A stretch of 63,801 bases of DNA, counting the filler, from Thermodesulfobacteriota bacterium (lineage in GTDB: Bacteria > DASVDK01), in assembly GCA_036381125.1 (NCBI GenBank). It is 7 parts of 7 records of this genome, joined end to end, with 100 filler letters (N's around TTAATTAATTAA, not from the genome) between each part and the next. Parts side by side here need not be neighbours in the genome. Positions count along the whole stretch, not along the records: positions 1 to 13,589 come from DASVDK010000181.1; 6 more parts are not named here. One strand, given 5' to 3'. The notes under the pieces were generated by a model that was not told where the DNA came from, made no database searches, and was given only the letters and a program-made list of their open reading frames with translations. A program made the position numbers and the translations under genes. Positions 1 through 9,851 of the stretch are shown piece by piece; position 1 is the stretch's first letter, and every line of letters starts with the position of its first letter.

Positions 1-597
1 CTCGCGATGGACCGTCTCGAACAGGCCGTGGACGTCGACCAGTAGCGCCCCGGCCGCCCGCGCCGTGTCGGCGATCGCGCGGTTGAAGACCGCCACCCGG
101 TCGCGGATCGTGGCCGCCACTTCCGCCGGCAGCCCGGCCGCCCGCGGCGTGCGCGTCACGTCCGGGACGGTGGCCACGACGAGCGTCGCGCCCGTACCGG
201 AGACGCGCCGCACGACGTCGCGGAAGGCCCGCTCGAAGCGGTCCGGCGGGGTGAGCCGGGACGGGTCGGCCGAGAGGGCGGCGAAGAGGGCGTCGTTGCT
301 GCCGATCCAGACGAGGACCGTCGTGGGTGTGCTCGAGGCGACGGCCGCCGCCTGCGCGAGGGCGTCCTCCACCCGGGCGCCGGAGACGGCCGCGCACGCG
401 AGGCGGCTGCCGGCCTGCGCCGCCAGCCGCGAGGCGTAGGAGGTCCGCCGCACCGGCTCGGACGGGTCGCCGCTGCCGACGCCGACGGCCAGCGAGTCGC
501 CGACCACGGCGAGCCGGGAGAGGTCGATCGCCGCGGCGGCGGCGCGGCCGGGCGCGAGGCCGACCAGGAGCGCGAGGAGGAGGACGCCCCGGGTCAC
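1..597 (-). CDS. SGNH/GDSL hydrolase, secreted (3' end runs off window)
   Basis: Not in ORF track. Manual translation gives MTRGVLLLALLVGLAPGRAAAAAIDLSRLAVVGDSLAVG...VWIGSND...VATVPDV...LVDVHGLF, with GDSL block I and a GxND block. The GTG start overlaps the upstream TGA (GTGA, 594-597). Confidence 0.85.
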   Translation of the reverse strand, partial: MTRGVLLLALLVGLAPGRAAAAAIDLSRLAVVGDSLAVGVGSGDPSEPVRRTSYASRLAAQAGSRLACAAVSGARVEDALAQAAAVASSTPTTVLVWIGSNDALFAALSADPSRLTPPDRFERAFRDVVRRVSGTGATLVVATVPDVTRTPRAAGLPAEVAATIRDRVAVFNRAIADTARAAGALLVDVHGLFETVHRE

Positions 598-1721
598 GGC
601 GCGAGCGGGTCGTCGGCGGCCACGGCCGCCGCGTCCACCGGGGGCACGCGCGTCGCGAACCGGGCGTTGATCGCCTCGATGAAGGCGTTCGCGAGGACCG
701 CCTGGCCGGTGCGCGTCGGATGCAGGCCGTCGAGCGAGAAGACGCCGCCCCCCTGGGCTGTGGTGAGCCGGGCGTCGCCGACCGGGACCCCCTCGTCGGC
801 CGCCCGATCGAAGAGCGCGTGGACGTCCACGAGGACCGCGCCGACCTCGCCGGCCTCCCGCCGGATGACCGCGTTGAACCGCTCCACCGTGTCGCGCACC
901 TCGGCCGCCTCGGCGGCGGTCAGCACCTGATCGGGCGGGACCGGACCGTCCGCAGCGCCGGCCAGCCGGGCCGTCGCGGCCGCCACCCCCTGGGGCGTGA
1001 GCCGGTCGCCGGCGGCGAGGCCGAGCGCGCCGCCGATCGCGTCGAGCGACTGCCCCACCCGCTCGGCGAAGGTCTCCGCCGGCGTCAGGTACGCGACGCG
1101 GGTCACGTCCGGAATCGTTGCCACCACGAGCGGGGCCCCGATTGCGGCGAGGCGGTCGATGACGGCCGTCATGTCGCGCGTGAACGGCTCGAGCGGCGTC
1201 GCACGCCCGGGATCCCCCGACGTGGCGGCGCCGAGGACGTCGTTGTTGCCGAGGAAGAGGAGGACCGCCGTCGGGCGGAGCGCCTCGGCCCACTCCACCT
1301 GGCTGCGAGCGAGCCCCTGCTCGAGGCCCGGCAGGCCGAGCACGAGGTCGAGGAGGGAGTCGAGGGGGCGGTCGGGTCGGGCGGCGAGCGCCGCCCGCAC
1401 GTCGGCGCCCGGCACGGCGAGATTGCGCGCCTGCACGTCGGGGTTTGCCCGAAAGGGGCGGTCGGGGTCGAGGCGCCCGGGCTCGAGCAGCGGGAGCGGC
1501 AGGTCGGCGCCGGCCTGGGCCGCGACGCGGCTCGGGAAGGCGTCGCGCTGCGTCTCGGCCTCGATGACCCCGTTCCGGACGCCGGCGGCCACGGAGTCGC
1601 CCACGACGACGAGCCTCGAGAGGTCGATGGTCTCTGACCCGGGTGCGGCGTCCCCGTCGTCGCCGTCGCCGCAGCCGGCAAGGACGAGCAGGGAGACGAG
1701 GACGGCAAGGCGCCCTGGCAT
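594..1721 (-). CDS. SGNH/GDSL hydrolase lipoprotein
   Basis: Lipobox LAGC, VVGDS, LGNND and DGLHP catalytic motif. Start chosen at ATG 1721 (MPGRLAVL). Confidence 0.85.
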   Translation of the reverse strand: MPGRLAVLVSLLVLAGCGDGDDGDAAPGSETIDLSRLVVVGDSVAAGVRNGVIEAETQRDAFPSRVAAQAGADLPLPLLEPGRLDPDRPFRANPDVQARNLAVPGADVRAALAARPDRPLDSLLDLVLGLPGLEQGLARSQVEWAEALRPTAVLLFLGNNDVLGAATSGDPGRATPLEPFTRDMTAVIDRLAAIGAPLVVATIPDVTRVAYLTPAETFAERVGQSLDAIGGALGLAAGDRLTPQGVAAATARLAGAADGPVPPDQVLTAAEAAEVRDTVERFNAVIRREAGEVGAVLVDVHALFDRAADEGVPVGDARLTTAQGGGVFSLDGLHPTRTGQAVLANAFIEAINARFATRVPPVDAAAVAADDPLAP

Positions 1722-1799
1722 GGAGGAGTCCTCCGGTTGCGCCGCACCGGCCACCACCTTCCGTGCCGGGGCCCTGGCAGCGCGCTACGCTTGGCGATC

Positions 1800-2738
1800 G
1801 TGCGCCGGCTCGCGGTCGTCATCGCGCTGGTCCTCCTGGCGTGGCCCGCCGCGTCGCGGGCGAGCGCGGAGGCGCCCGATCCGGCCCTCGTCGCCCTCGG
1901 GCAGCAGCTCTTCTTCGACAGCCGTGTGTCGCGCACCGGCCGCGTCTCCTGCGCGAGCTGCCATCAGCCCGACCACGGCTTCAGCGACCCGCGCCGATTT
2001 TCGCCCGACGCCGACGGCCGGCCCTCGCCCCGCCACACGCCGACGATCGTCGGCCGCCGCTTCGGGCACTGGCAGGGCTGGTCCGGCCGGAACGGCTCCA
2101 TCGAGGAGCAGGTCCTCACCGAGCCGAACTTCGGCGATGCGGCGAGGCTCGCGCGTCTCGGCAACCTCCCCGGCTACCGCCGCCAGTTCGAGGCGCTGCT
2201 CGGCGGGCCGCCGACGCCCGGGCGGGTGGCCGTCGCGATCGCGGCCTACGTGAGGGCCGTGGTGTCGACCGACGCACCGTACGATCGCTTCGTGGCCGGC
2301 GACGCGGGCGCGCTCACGCCGGCGGCGCGGCGAGGGCTCTCGCTCTTCACCGGCCGAGCCCTCTGCGTCGTCTGCCACAAGGGCGATCAGTTCACGGACG
2401 AGGGGTTCCACAACCTCGGCGTCGGCACGGACGGGCCGTCGCCCGACCCCGGTCGCGCGGAGGTCTACGGCAACCCCGAGGACTGGGGCGCGTTCAAGAC
2501 GCCGACCCTCCGCGACGTGGCCAGGCGCGGGCCCTACATGCACGACGGCAGCCTGCCGACGCTCGAGGCGGTCGTCGCCTTCTACGACCGCGGCGGCATC
2601 GCGAACCGCCGGCTCTCGACGCAGCTCCGTCCGCTGCACCTGACGCCCGAGGAGCAGCGCGACCTCGTGGCCTTCCTCGAGGCGCTCACCGGCCGCATCG
2701 ACCCGGCGCTCGGCCGGATGCCGGAGCTGCCCGACTAG
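1800..2738 (+). CDS. di-heme cytochrome c peroxidase / MauG family
   Basis: Signal peptide, two CxxCH motifs (CASCH, CVVCH), and FKTPTLRDV...PYMHDG motif. Confidence 0.9.
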   Translation: MRRLAVVIALVLLAWPAASRASAEAPDPALVALGQQLFFDSRVSRTGRVSCASCHQPDHGFSDPRRFSPDADGRPSPRHTPTIVGRRFGHWQGWSGRNGSIEEQVLTEPNFGDAARLARLGNLPGYRRQFEALLGGPPTPGRVAVAIAAYVRAVVSTDAPYDRFVAGDAGALTPAARRGLSLFTGRALCVVCHKGDQFTDEGFHNLGVGTDGPSPDPGRAEVYGNPEDWGAFKTPTLRDVARRGPYMHDGSLPTLEAVVAFYDRGGIANRRLSTQLRPLHLTPEEQRDLVAFLEALTGRIDPALGRMPELPD

Positions 2739-2789
2739 CGTGGATCACCGTGGCACGAGGCACGGGGGATGGGCCGGCTGCGGCCCGCG

Positions 2790-2950
2790 GAGAACGAGTG
2801 GGGTCAGCCCCCAACGTTTGCCCGTCTGGAAAATGGCAAGGCCTGACCCCACGGAAAATGGAAAGACCTGACCCCCTGGAAAACGAGTGGGGTCAGACCC
2901 CACGGAAAATGGAAAGACCTGACCCCCTGGAAAATGGAAAGGCCTGACCC
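2790..2950. repeat. tandem cluster of ~25-bp REP-like units
   Basis: Four units of GGAAAATGG(A/C)AAG(A/G)CCTGACCC and two of AACGAGTGGGGTCAG(A)CCCC; from 2827 onward the units abut without spacers. Confidence 0.85.
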
Positions 2951-2997
2951 TACGGATGCGGCCTGGCGGCCCGAATCTGGCAGGGTACGATGCGGCC

Positions 2998-4377
2998 ATG
3001 AGCGAGCTCTTCGCCGCGCGGACGCAGATGGCGCTGTCGCTCGGGTTCCACATCGTCTTTGCCGCCGTCGGCATGGCGCTGCCGATCATGATGCTCGCGG
3101 CCGAGGGGCGGTGGCTCAGGACGGGCGACGGCGACGCGCTGCGGCTCGCGAAGACCTGGGCCAGGGTCACGGCGGTCCTCTTCGCCGTCGGCGCCGTCTC
3201 GGGGACCGCGCTGTCGTTCGAGCTGGGCCTCCTCTGGCCGACGTTCATGGAGTTCGCGGGGCCGCTCTTCGGCCTCGCGTTCACCATGGAGGGCTTCGCC
3301 TTCTTCATCGAGGCGATCTTCCTCGGCCTCTACCTCTACGGCTGGAATCGTCTCTCGCCGCGGGCCCACTGGCTCTGCGGCATCCCGGTGGCGGTGAGCG
3401 GCGCGGCCTCCGGCATCCTCGTGCTGTCGGCCAACTCGTGGATGCAGACGCCGGCGGGCTTCGACCTCACGCCCGAGGGGCGCGTGGTGAACGTCGACCC
3501 GATCGCGGCATTCTTCAACCCGGCCTACGGGCTCATGGCGCTCCACTCGACGCTGTCGGTCTACCAGGCCGTCGGCTTCGCCGCGGCCGGCGTCTACGCG
3601 TACGCGCTCCTGCGGGGCCGGCGCCCGGAGCGCGCCGCGTACAACCGGCGCGCGCTCGCCATCGCCATGGCGCTCGGCGGCGTGACGGCGATCCTGCAGC
3701 CCATTGCCGGCGACCGGCTGGCCAAGCAGACGACGCGCCACCAGCCGGCCAAGCTCGCGGCCATGGAGGCGCAGTTCGAGACGGAGCGCGGCGCGCCGCT
3801 GCGCATCGGCGGCTGGCCCGACGAGGAGGGTCAGCGGATCGACTACGCCATCGAGATCCCGGGGCTGCTCTCGTACCTGGCGACCGGCGACTTCGACGGC
3901 GAGGTGAAGGGCCTCGCCGACTTCCCGCGCGACGAGTGGCCTCCGGTCCGCGTGGTCCACGTCGCCTTCCAGGTGATGGTCGGCTGCGGGGTGCTCATGG
4001 CGGCGCTGGCCGTCTGGTTCGGCGTCGCCTGGTGGCGCGACCGCCGGGCCGGCCGTGATCCGACGGCTCGCCGCGGACTCCTCCGGGCGCTCGTCCTCGC
4101 GGCCCCGCTCGGCTTCGTGGCGATCGAGGCGGGGTGGACCGTCACCGAGGTGGGCCGGCAGCCCTGGATCGCCTACGGCGTCATGCGCACCGCCGAGGGG
4201 GTCACCCCGGCCACGGGCGTCCCCGTGACGCTCGCGCTCTTCACGCTGCTCTACCTCGGCCTCACCGTCACGCTGATCGTCCTCTTGCGGCGCCTCTCGC
4301 GCGGCGAGGGGGACAGGGCGCGCGCAGCCGACGGCCCCGCGTCCGCCCATGCCGGAGGCTCGCATGCCGGCGTATGA
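2998..4377 (+). CDS. cydA: cytochrome bd ubiquinol oxidase subunit I
   Basis: GFHIVF, FAVGAVSG, EGFAFFIEA, QPAKLAAME and EVGRQPW motifs. Confidence 0.95.
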   Translation: MSELFAARTQMALSLGFHIVFAAVGMALPIMMLAAEGRWLRTGDGDALRLAKTWARVTAVLFAVGAVSGTALSFELGLLWPTFMEFAGPLFGLAFTMEGFAFFIEAIFLGLYLYGWNRLSPRAHWLCGIPVAVSGAASGILVLSANSWMQTPAGFDLTPEGRVVNVDPIAAFFNPAYGLMALHSTLSVYQAVGFAAAGVYAYALLRGRRPERAAYNRRALAIAMALGGVTAILQPIAGDRLAKQTTRHQPAKLAAMEAQFETERGAPLRIGGWPDEEGQRIDYAIEIPGLLSYLATGDFDGEVKGLADFPRDEWPPVRVVHVAFQVMVGCGVLMAALAVWFGVAWWRDRRAGRDPTARRGLLRALVLAAPLGFVAIEAGWTVTEVGRQPWIAYGVMRTAEGVTPATGVPVTLALFTLLYLGLTVTLIVLLRRLSRGEGDRARAADGPASAHAGGSHAGV

Positions 4378-5404
4378 GGTGGTCGCCCTCGTCACGCTCC
4401 TCGGGGTCCTCGCCTACGCCCTCCTCGGCGGTGCGGACTTCGGCGGCGGCGTCTGGGACCTCTTCGCCAGCGGTCCGCGCAAGGAGGCTCAGCGCCGGGC
4501 GATCGCCGTGGCCATGGGGCCGGTGTGGGAGGCGAACCACGTCTGGCTGATCTTCGTCATCGTCGTCCTCTTCACCGCCTTCCCGGTGGCCTTCCGGGCG
4601 ATGAACGTGGCGCTCTTCTGGCCGTTCCACCTGGTGCTCGTCGGCATCGTGCTGCGGGGGGCGGCCTTCGCCTTCCGCGCGCACGGGCACGAGGCGGCCG
4701 GCGTGCCGCTCGACTGGGGCCGGGTCTTCGGCGCGGCCAGCGTGATCACGCCGGTCCTGCTCGGCGCCAGCCTCGGCGCCCTGTCGAGCGGGCAGGTGCG
4801 GGTGACCGACGGCGTCGTGGCGCAGGGCGGCGAGACGGCGTGGCTCGGGCCCTTCCCGCTCGCCGTGGGGGTCCTGGCGCTCGCGGTCTGCGCCTACCTG
4901 GCGGCGGTGTACATCACGCTCGAGACGGAGGGGCCGCTGCGCGAGGACTTCCGCCGCAAGGGGCTCTGGGCCTGGCTCGTCGGCGGGGTCGTCTCGCTCG
5001 GCACGCTGCTCCTCACCAGGACCGAGGCGCCGCGGCTCTGGGGCGCGCTCACGACGCCGCCGGCCGGCCTCGTCGTGGTCGCCGGCGTCCTCCTCGCGCC
5101 CGCGTCGGCGGTCGCCCTGTGGTATCGCCGCTTCGCGTGGGCCCGCGTGCTCGCAGCGGGGCAGGTGGTCCTCCTGCTCGCCGGCTGGGCCATGGCCCAG
5201 TGGCCGTTCCTGATCTACCCGGACCTCACCGTGGCCGACTCGGCGGCCCCGCCCGCCACCCTTCGCGCCGTCCTCTGGGTCGTGCCGATCGGCATGCTCC
5301 TCCTGATTCCCTCCCTCTGGTACCTCTTCGCCGTGTTCAAGGGCGAGAACCCGTCGGCCGCTCGTGACGCGGCGCGAGACCACGAGCGCTCTGCCGGCCG
5401 CTAG
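4364..5404 (+). CDS. cydB: cytochrome bd ubiquinol oxidase subunit II
   Basis: GADFGGG and GPVWEANHVWLIF motifs; overlaps cydA. Confidence 0.95.
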   Translation: MPAYEVVALVTLLGVLAYALLGGADFGGGVWDLFASGPRKEAQRRAIAVAMGPVWEANHVWLIFVIVVLFTAFPVAFRAMNVALFWPFHLVLVGIVLRGAAFAFRAHGHEAAGVPLDWGRVFGAASVITPVLLGASLGALSSGQVRVTDGVVAQGGETAWLGPFPLAVGVLALAVCAYLAAVYITLETEGPLREDFRRKGLWAWLVGGVVSLGTLLLTRTEAPRLWGALTTPPAGLVVVAGVLLAPASAVALWYRRFAWARVLAAGQVVLLLAGWAMAQWPFLIYPDLTVADSAAPPATLRAVLWVVPIGMLLLIPSLWYLFAVFKGENPSAARDAARDHERSAGR

Positions 5405-5818
5405 GCGCTTGCCCATCGGGGCAGGTACCGAATGCCCTGATCCCGCCATCGGTTCCTCGTCGTGCCGGCGCACGTCGCCGGTTCGCCATGGACGGTCGGA
5501 GCGGGGCGAGACGATCGACGAGGGCCCCTTCGTCGTGAATCTCGAGGAGGGGGTCCCGGAGCGCCTGGTGCCGGGCTCCTCTCCGCCTCACGGAGGAGTC
5601 GGCCGGTGGTCACCTGTCGATCTGGCGCAACGCCGGAGGCCCTGACCGGGTTCCATGGTCCGAACCCGGCTGCGTCGGTCGGGAGCCCGGGGACGGGGAC
5701 GGGACGCGTGGCCGTCAGGTGCGGGGCAGTGCGAGCCGAGCCGAAGTAGAGGAGAACCATGCAGCGGGCGGCCGGGCCGGCGGCGCCCGGTGGGCAGGTG
5801 CCGCCGGCTCGGGACGGC

Positions 5819-6118
5819 CTAGGATGCGACGCTCGCGCGACGACGCTCGAGCGACGGCATCGTCTCGGGACGGCGAGCCGCCTGCACGATCCAGTCGATC
5901 ACCACCCCGATGAGCGCGGCCACGATCGCCGTGGCCGGGTGCACGCCGCTGAAGGCCGGGCCGACCGGTGCATAGGCCTCCCCGATCACCATCAGGACGA
6001 ACGGGTACGCCGCGATGCGCCACGGGGCCTCCGGGAGGGTGGCGGGCAGGAGGTCGTACCAGAAGACGCCGAGCCCGTACGCGAGCGCGACCATGAGTAG
6101 CCAGGTTCCGAAGTCCAT
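5819..6118 (-). CDS. small membrane protein, hypothetical (99 aa)
   Basis: AAGGAG RBS before MDFGTWLLMV; three hydrophobic segments; high-GC3 codon usage. Confidence 0.7.
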   Translation of the reverse strand: MDFGTWLLMVALAYGLGVFWYDLLPATLPEAPWRIAAYPFVLMVIGEAYAPVGPAFSGVHPATAIVAALIGVVIDWIVQAARRPETMPSLERRRASVAS

Positions 6119-6335
6119 ACGAGTTCTCCTTTCGATGGGGCGGCGGGCGGCGAGGGCCCCTGGGCGGGCGGCGAGGCCGGAACCGTGGCAGGGGCGACCC
6201 GGAATCCGCGCCCCAACCTTTATCGTGGCGCGCCGCGAGTTCCCTGGCAACGGGCGGGCCGCCGGCAGGCATGGATGTCCGGGCCGCGTCGGCGACGCGA
6301 GCGCGCTCCACGCGATCGGGCGCTAGGATGGAGGC

Positions 6336-7067
6336 GTGACCGGCTTCCACGGCAAGCGGGCCCTCGTCACGGGCGGCACCAGCGGCATCGGCGCGGCGGT
6401 GGCCGAGGCGCTGGCGGACGCCGGGTGTCGCGTGACGGCCACCGGCCTCACCGAGGCGGAAGTGGCCGACGCGACGGCGCGCTTCGCGCGCGCCGACCGA
6501 CCGATCGAGGTGGTCCCGCTCGACGTGTCCCGGACCGACGCGGTGCAGCGGCTCGTCGGCGGCCTCGACCGCCTCGACGTCCTCGTCAACTGCGCCGGCA
6601 CGATCCGCCGCCTCGAGGAGTACGACCTGGCGGTCTTCGAGCGGGTCGTGGCCGTGAACCTCACCGGCACCATGGCGGCCTGCACCGCGGCCCGCCCGCT
6701 GCTCGCCCGTCGGGGCGGCGCGATCGTCAACACCGCCTCCATGTTCACCTTCTTCGGCGGGCCGCTCGTCCCGGCCTACACCGCCAGCAAGGGCGGCGTT
6801 GGCCAGCTCACGAAGGCGCTCGCGGTCGCCTGGGCGCCGGAGGGGATCCGGGTGAACGCCGTGGCGCCGGGCTGGATCGAGACGCCGCTCACCGCGCCGG
6901 TCCGCGAAGACCCGCAGCGCAACGCCGCCATCGTGAACCGCACGCCGATGAAGCGGTGGGGGAGGCCGGAGGAGGTGGCGGCCGCCGTCCTCTTCCTCTG
7001 CTCCCCCCAGGCCGCCTTCGTGACCGGCATCGTGATGCCGGTCGACGGCGGCTTCTCCGCGATGTAG
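6336..7067 (+). CDS. SDR family oxidoreductase
   Basis: TGGTSGIG, NCAG, YTASKG and VNAVAPG motifs. Confidence 0.95.
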   Translation: MTGFHGKRALVTGGTSGIGAAVAEALADAGCRVTATGLTEAEVADATARFARADRPIEVVPLDVSRTDAVQRLVGGLDRLDVLVNCAGTIRRLEEYDLAVFERVVAVNLTGTMAACTAARPLLARRGGAIVNTASMFTFFGGPLVPAYTASKGGVGQLTKALAVAWAPEGIRVNAVAPGWIETPLTAPVREDPQRNAAIVNRTPMKRWGRPEEVAAAVLFLCSPQAAFVTGIVMPVDGGFSAM

Positions 7068-7080
7068 TTCGGAGGACCCC

Positions 7081-7590
7081 ATGGCCATCGCGATGCCCCG
7101 CCCGTACCAGCTCCCGCAGCCGCCCGACATGCGGCCCGACTTCGTGCAGAAGGCGATCCCCGACGACGAGCGCGTCTGGGTCCCGCTCGAGGACCAGGTC
7201 TGGTTCCGCCCGCTCCACCTCAACATCACCCAGGGCTTCTGGTGCAACCTGCTGCGCGTGCGCCGGGCCGGCGTGCTCTCCCGCCATCGCCACCCGGCCC
7301 CGGTCTACGGCTACGTGATCAAGGGCTCGTGGCGCTACCTCGAGCACCCGTGGACCGCGGAGGCGGGCAGCTTCGTCTACGAGCCGCCCGGCGAGACGCA
7401 CACGCTCGTCGTCGATCCCGACGTCCCCGAGATGATCACTTTCTTCCAGGTGAACGGCGCCATGATCTACGTGGACGAGTACGGCAAGGCGGTCGGCTAC
7501 GACGACGTCCACACGCGGGTCGACCTCTGCCGCCGCCACTACGAGAAGGTCGGCCTCGGCGCCGGCTTCGTGAACCAGTTCATGAGGTGA
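7081..7590 (+). CDS. cupin, 2,4'-dihydroxyacetophenone dioxygenase-like
   Basis: HRHPAPVYGYVIKGSWRYLEH and EPPGETHTL cupin metal motifs. Confidence 0.8.
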   Translation: MAIAMPRPYQLPQPPDMRPDFVQKAIPDDERVWVPLEDQVWFRPLHLNITQGFWCNLLRVRRAGVLSRHRHPAPVYGYVIKGSWRYLEHPWTAEAGSFVYEPPGETHTLVVDPDVPEMITFFQVNGAMIYVDEYGKAVGYDDVHTRVDLCRRHYEKVGLGAGFVNQFMR

Positions 7591-7592
7591 CG

Positions 7593-8564
7593 ATGCAGTA
7601 CACGACCCTCGGCAGGACCGCGCTCAAGGTGAGCCGGCTCTGTCTCGGCACGATGAACTTCGGGCCGCTGACGAGCGAGCCCGACAGCTACCGCATCATG
7701 GACGCGGCCCTCGACATGGGCATCAACTTCTTCGACACGGCCAACGTCTACGGCTGGAAGAAGGGCGAGGGCTGGACCGAGCAGATCCTCGGCCGTTGGT
7801 TCGCCCAGGGCGGCGGCCGGCGCGAGCGGGTCGTCCTGGCCACCAAGGTCTACGGCTCCATGGGCGACTGGCCGAACCAGCAGGGGCTCTCGGCGCTCGG
7901 CATCCGTCGGGCGTGCGAGGGGAGCCTCAAGCGGATGCAGACCGACTACATCGACCTCTACCAGATGCACCACGTCGACCGGTCGGCGCCGTGGGACGAG
8001 ATCTGGCAGGCGATGGAGCAGCTCGTCCGCGAGGGGAAGGTGCTCTACGTGGGCAGCAGCAACTTCGCCGGGTGGCACATCGCCACGGCGAACCAGACGG
8101 CGGCCCGCCGGAGCTTCCTCGGCCTCGTGTCCGAGCAGAGCCTCTACAACCTGCGTGACCGGACGGTCGAGCTGGAGGTGATCCCGGCCTGCCGCCACTA
8201 CGGTCTCGGGCTCATCCCGTGGAGCCCCCTCTCGGGCGGGCTCCTCGGCGGCGCGCTCGAGAAGGCGCGCGAGGGGCGGCGCGCGGAGGCCCGCGTGCAG
8301 GAGAAGATCGAGCGGCACCGCCAGCAGCTCGAGCGCTACGAGGCGCTCTGCCGGGAGATCGGCGAGGCGCCGGCCAACGTCGCCAACGCCTGGCTGCTCG
8401 CGAACCCGGTGGTGACCGCGCCCATCATCGGCCCCCGCACCCTCGCCCAGCTCACCGAGAGCGGACGGGCCGTGGAGATCCGACTCGACGAGGCGACGCT
8501 CAAACGGCTCGACGAGATCTGGCCCGGGCCGGGGGGCGAGGCGCCCGAGGCGTACGCCTGGTAG
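7593..8564 (+). CDS. aldo/keto reductase
   Basis: LCLGTMNFG, FDTANVYG, DYIDLYQMH and WSPLSGG motifs. Confidence 0.95.
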   Translation: MQYTTLGRTALKVSRLCLGTMNFGPLTSEPDSYRIMDAALDMGINFFDTANVYGWKKGEGWTEQILGRWFAQGGGRRERVVLATKVYGSMGDWPNQQGLSALGIRRACEGSLKRMQTDYIDLYQMHHVDRSAPWDEIWQAMEQLVREGKVLYVGSSNFAGWHIATANQTAARRSFLGLVSEQSLYNLRDRTVELEVIPACRHYGLGLIPWSPLSGGLLGGALEKAREGRRAEARVQEKIERHRQQLERYEALCREIGEAPANVANAWLLANPVVTAPIIGPRTLAQLTESGRAVEIRLDEATLKRLDEIWPGPGGEAPEAYAW

Positions 8565-8583
8565 CGCCGGGAGGCCGGGTGCG

Positions 8584-9360
8584 CTAACGAGGGGGCGCGA
8601 TCCCGACCGCCGCCCACGCGCGGTGCGGGATGTCCAGCGGCTCGTCCGGGAACTCGGCCGCGAGGAGCGCGGCCAGCTCCGCGTCGAACCGGGCGACCGC
8701 GTCGGGCGGCAGGCTCGCCCCCACGCCGGCGCTCGCCCGCACGCGGCCTCGCCACGCGTCGTGGCCGTAGCGGACCGTCACGTCGAACGAGAAGGTCTCG
8801 ATCCCCTCGAAGCCGGACGTCGCCATGTCGGTCAGCCACTCGGGGTGGAGGCCGGCGGTTCCGCCGAGCCGCCAGCCCGGGTTGTGCCCCGAGATCAGGC
8901 GGGCAGTCGCCTCCATGACGCTGCCGGGCAGCGGGAGGCTGTCGAAGTGCGCGATGACGAGCCGGCCGGCCGGCCGCAGCACGCGGCGCGCCTCGCGCGC
9001 GGCGCGCGGCCGGTCGAACCAGTGCCAGCACTGCCCGGCCGTGACCGCGTCGAAGGCCGCCTCGGGCAGGCCGGTGTCCTCCGCCAGTCCCTCGACGTAC
9101 CTGACCCGGACGTCCCCGGCCTCGCCGTCGAGGCGCCTGGCTTCGGCGAGCAGCGCGGCCGACCGGTCGAGGCCGGTGACGCGGCAGCCACGGCGGGCCA
9201 GTCCGCGGGCCAGGGTGCCGGTCCCCGTCCCGAGGTCGAGGACCCGATCGCCGGGCGTCACGTGACCGGCCGCGAGGAGCCGGTGGAAGAACGCGTCGGG
9301 GAAGCCGGCGCGGTGCCTCGCGTAGCCGCCGGCAACCCGGCCGAAGTCGACGGCCGTCAC
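8584..9360 (-). CDS. class I SAM-dependent methyltransferase
   Basis: VLDLGTGTG and AGQCWHWF motifs; GTG start overlaps the upstream stop. Confidence 0.9.
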   Translation of the reverse strand: MTAVDFGRVAGGYARHRAGFPDAFFHRLLAAGHVTPGDRVLDLGTGTGTLARGLARRGCRVTGLDRSAALLAEARRLDGEAGDVRVRYVEGLAEDTGLPEAAFDAVTAGQCWHWFDRPRAAREARRVLRPAGRLVIAHFDSLPLPGSVMEATARLISGHNPGWRLGGTAGLHPEWLTDMATSGFEGIETFSFDVTVRYGHDAWRGRVRASAGVGASLPPDAVARFDAELAALLAAEFPDEPLDIPHRAWAAVGIAPPR

Positions 9361-9572
9361 CCGCGGTCCACCCGCTCGAGGAAGCGCGGCGAGAAGGCGC
9401 CGCGGAGCCCGGGGTCGTCCTCGAGCCGCACCCTGACCTTCGCGCCCTCGGTATATCCGGTCACGATGTAGACGCGCGGCGGGCCGACGAGGTGTCGGAC
9501 GCGGGCGCCGACCTCGAGCCGCCTCGCCTCGATGAGGGCCCGGTTGCGCGCCGGGTCGTCGCGGACGCTCAC
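9357..9572 (-). CDS. small hypothetical protein (71 aa, SH3-like beta pattern)
   Basis: VSVRDDPARNRALIEARRLEVGARVRH...; coupled by GTGA overlap to the methyltransferase. Confidence 0.55.
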   Translation of the reverse strand: MSVRDDPARNRALIEARRLEVGARVRHLVGPPRVYIVTGYTEGAKVRVRLEDDPGLRGAFSPRFLERVDRG

Positions 9573-9747
9573 GGCCTGCGCCGCTCGCCCGGCTGCCGAC
9601 CGCCGCCGAGGCGTCCGTCGATCCCCCGCGCCACCATGGCAAGCGCATGCACGAGCATGTCGACATTGTCGGCTATCGGCGTTACCCGCGCAAGCGCCGG
9701 GAGCCTTTCTATCGCGCGTCGTCGAGCGCGAAATCGCGCGACTCGAA

Positions 9748-9776
9748 TTGACAGCCTTTGTGTGCGCCGGTAGATT
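9748..9776 (+). promoter_or_regulatory. sigma70-type promoter
   Basis: TTGACA-17 bp-TAGATT upstream of the ORF at 9852. Confidence 0.7.
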
Positions 9777-9851
9777 GACCGCGTACGATGCGGTCGTTCG
9801 AGTGGTCGTCTGTGCAAAGAACCGGGTGAGATGAATCGAGGGACGTCGATC

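Noticed and set aside
2790-2950. Possible CRISPR array
   Set aside because: The units abut with no unique 30-40 bp spacers, no cas genes are nearby, and the same unit is dispersed singly elsewhere.
5405-5800. ORF-like stretch ERGETIDEGPFVVNLEEGVPERL
   Set aside because: No credible start or family assignment; possibly a remnant but unsupported.
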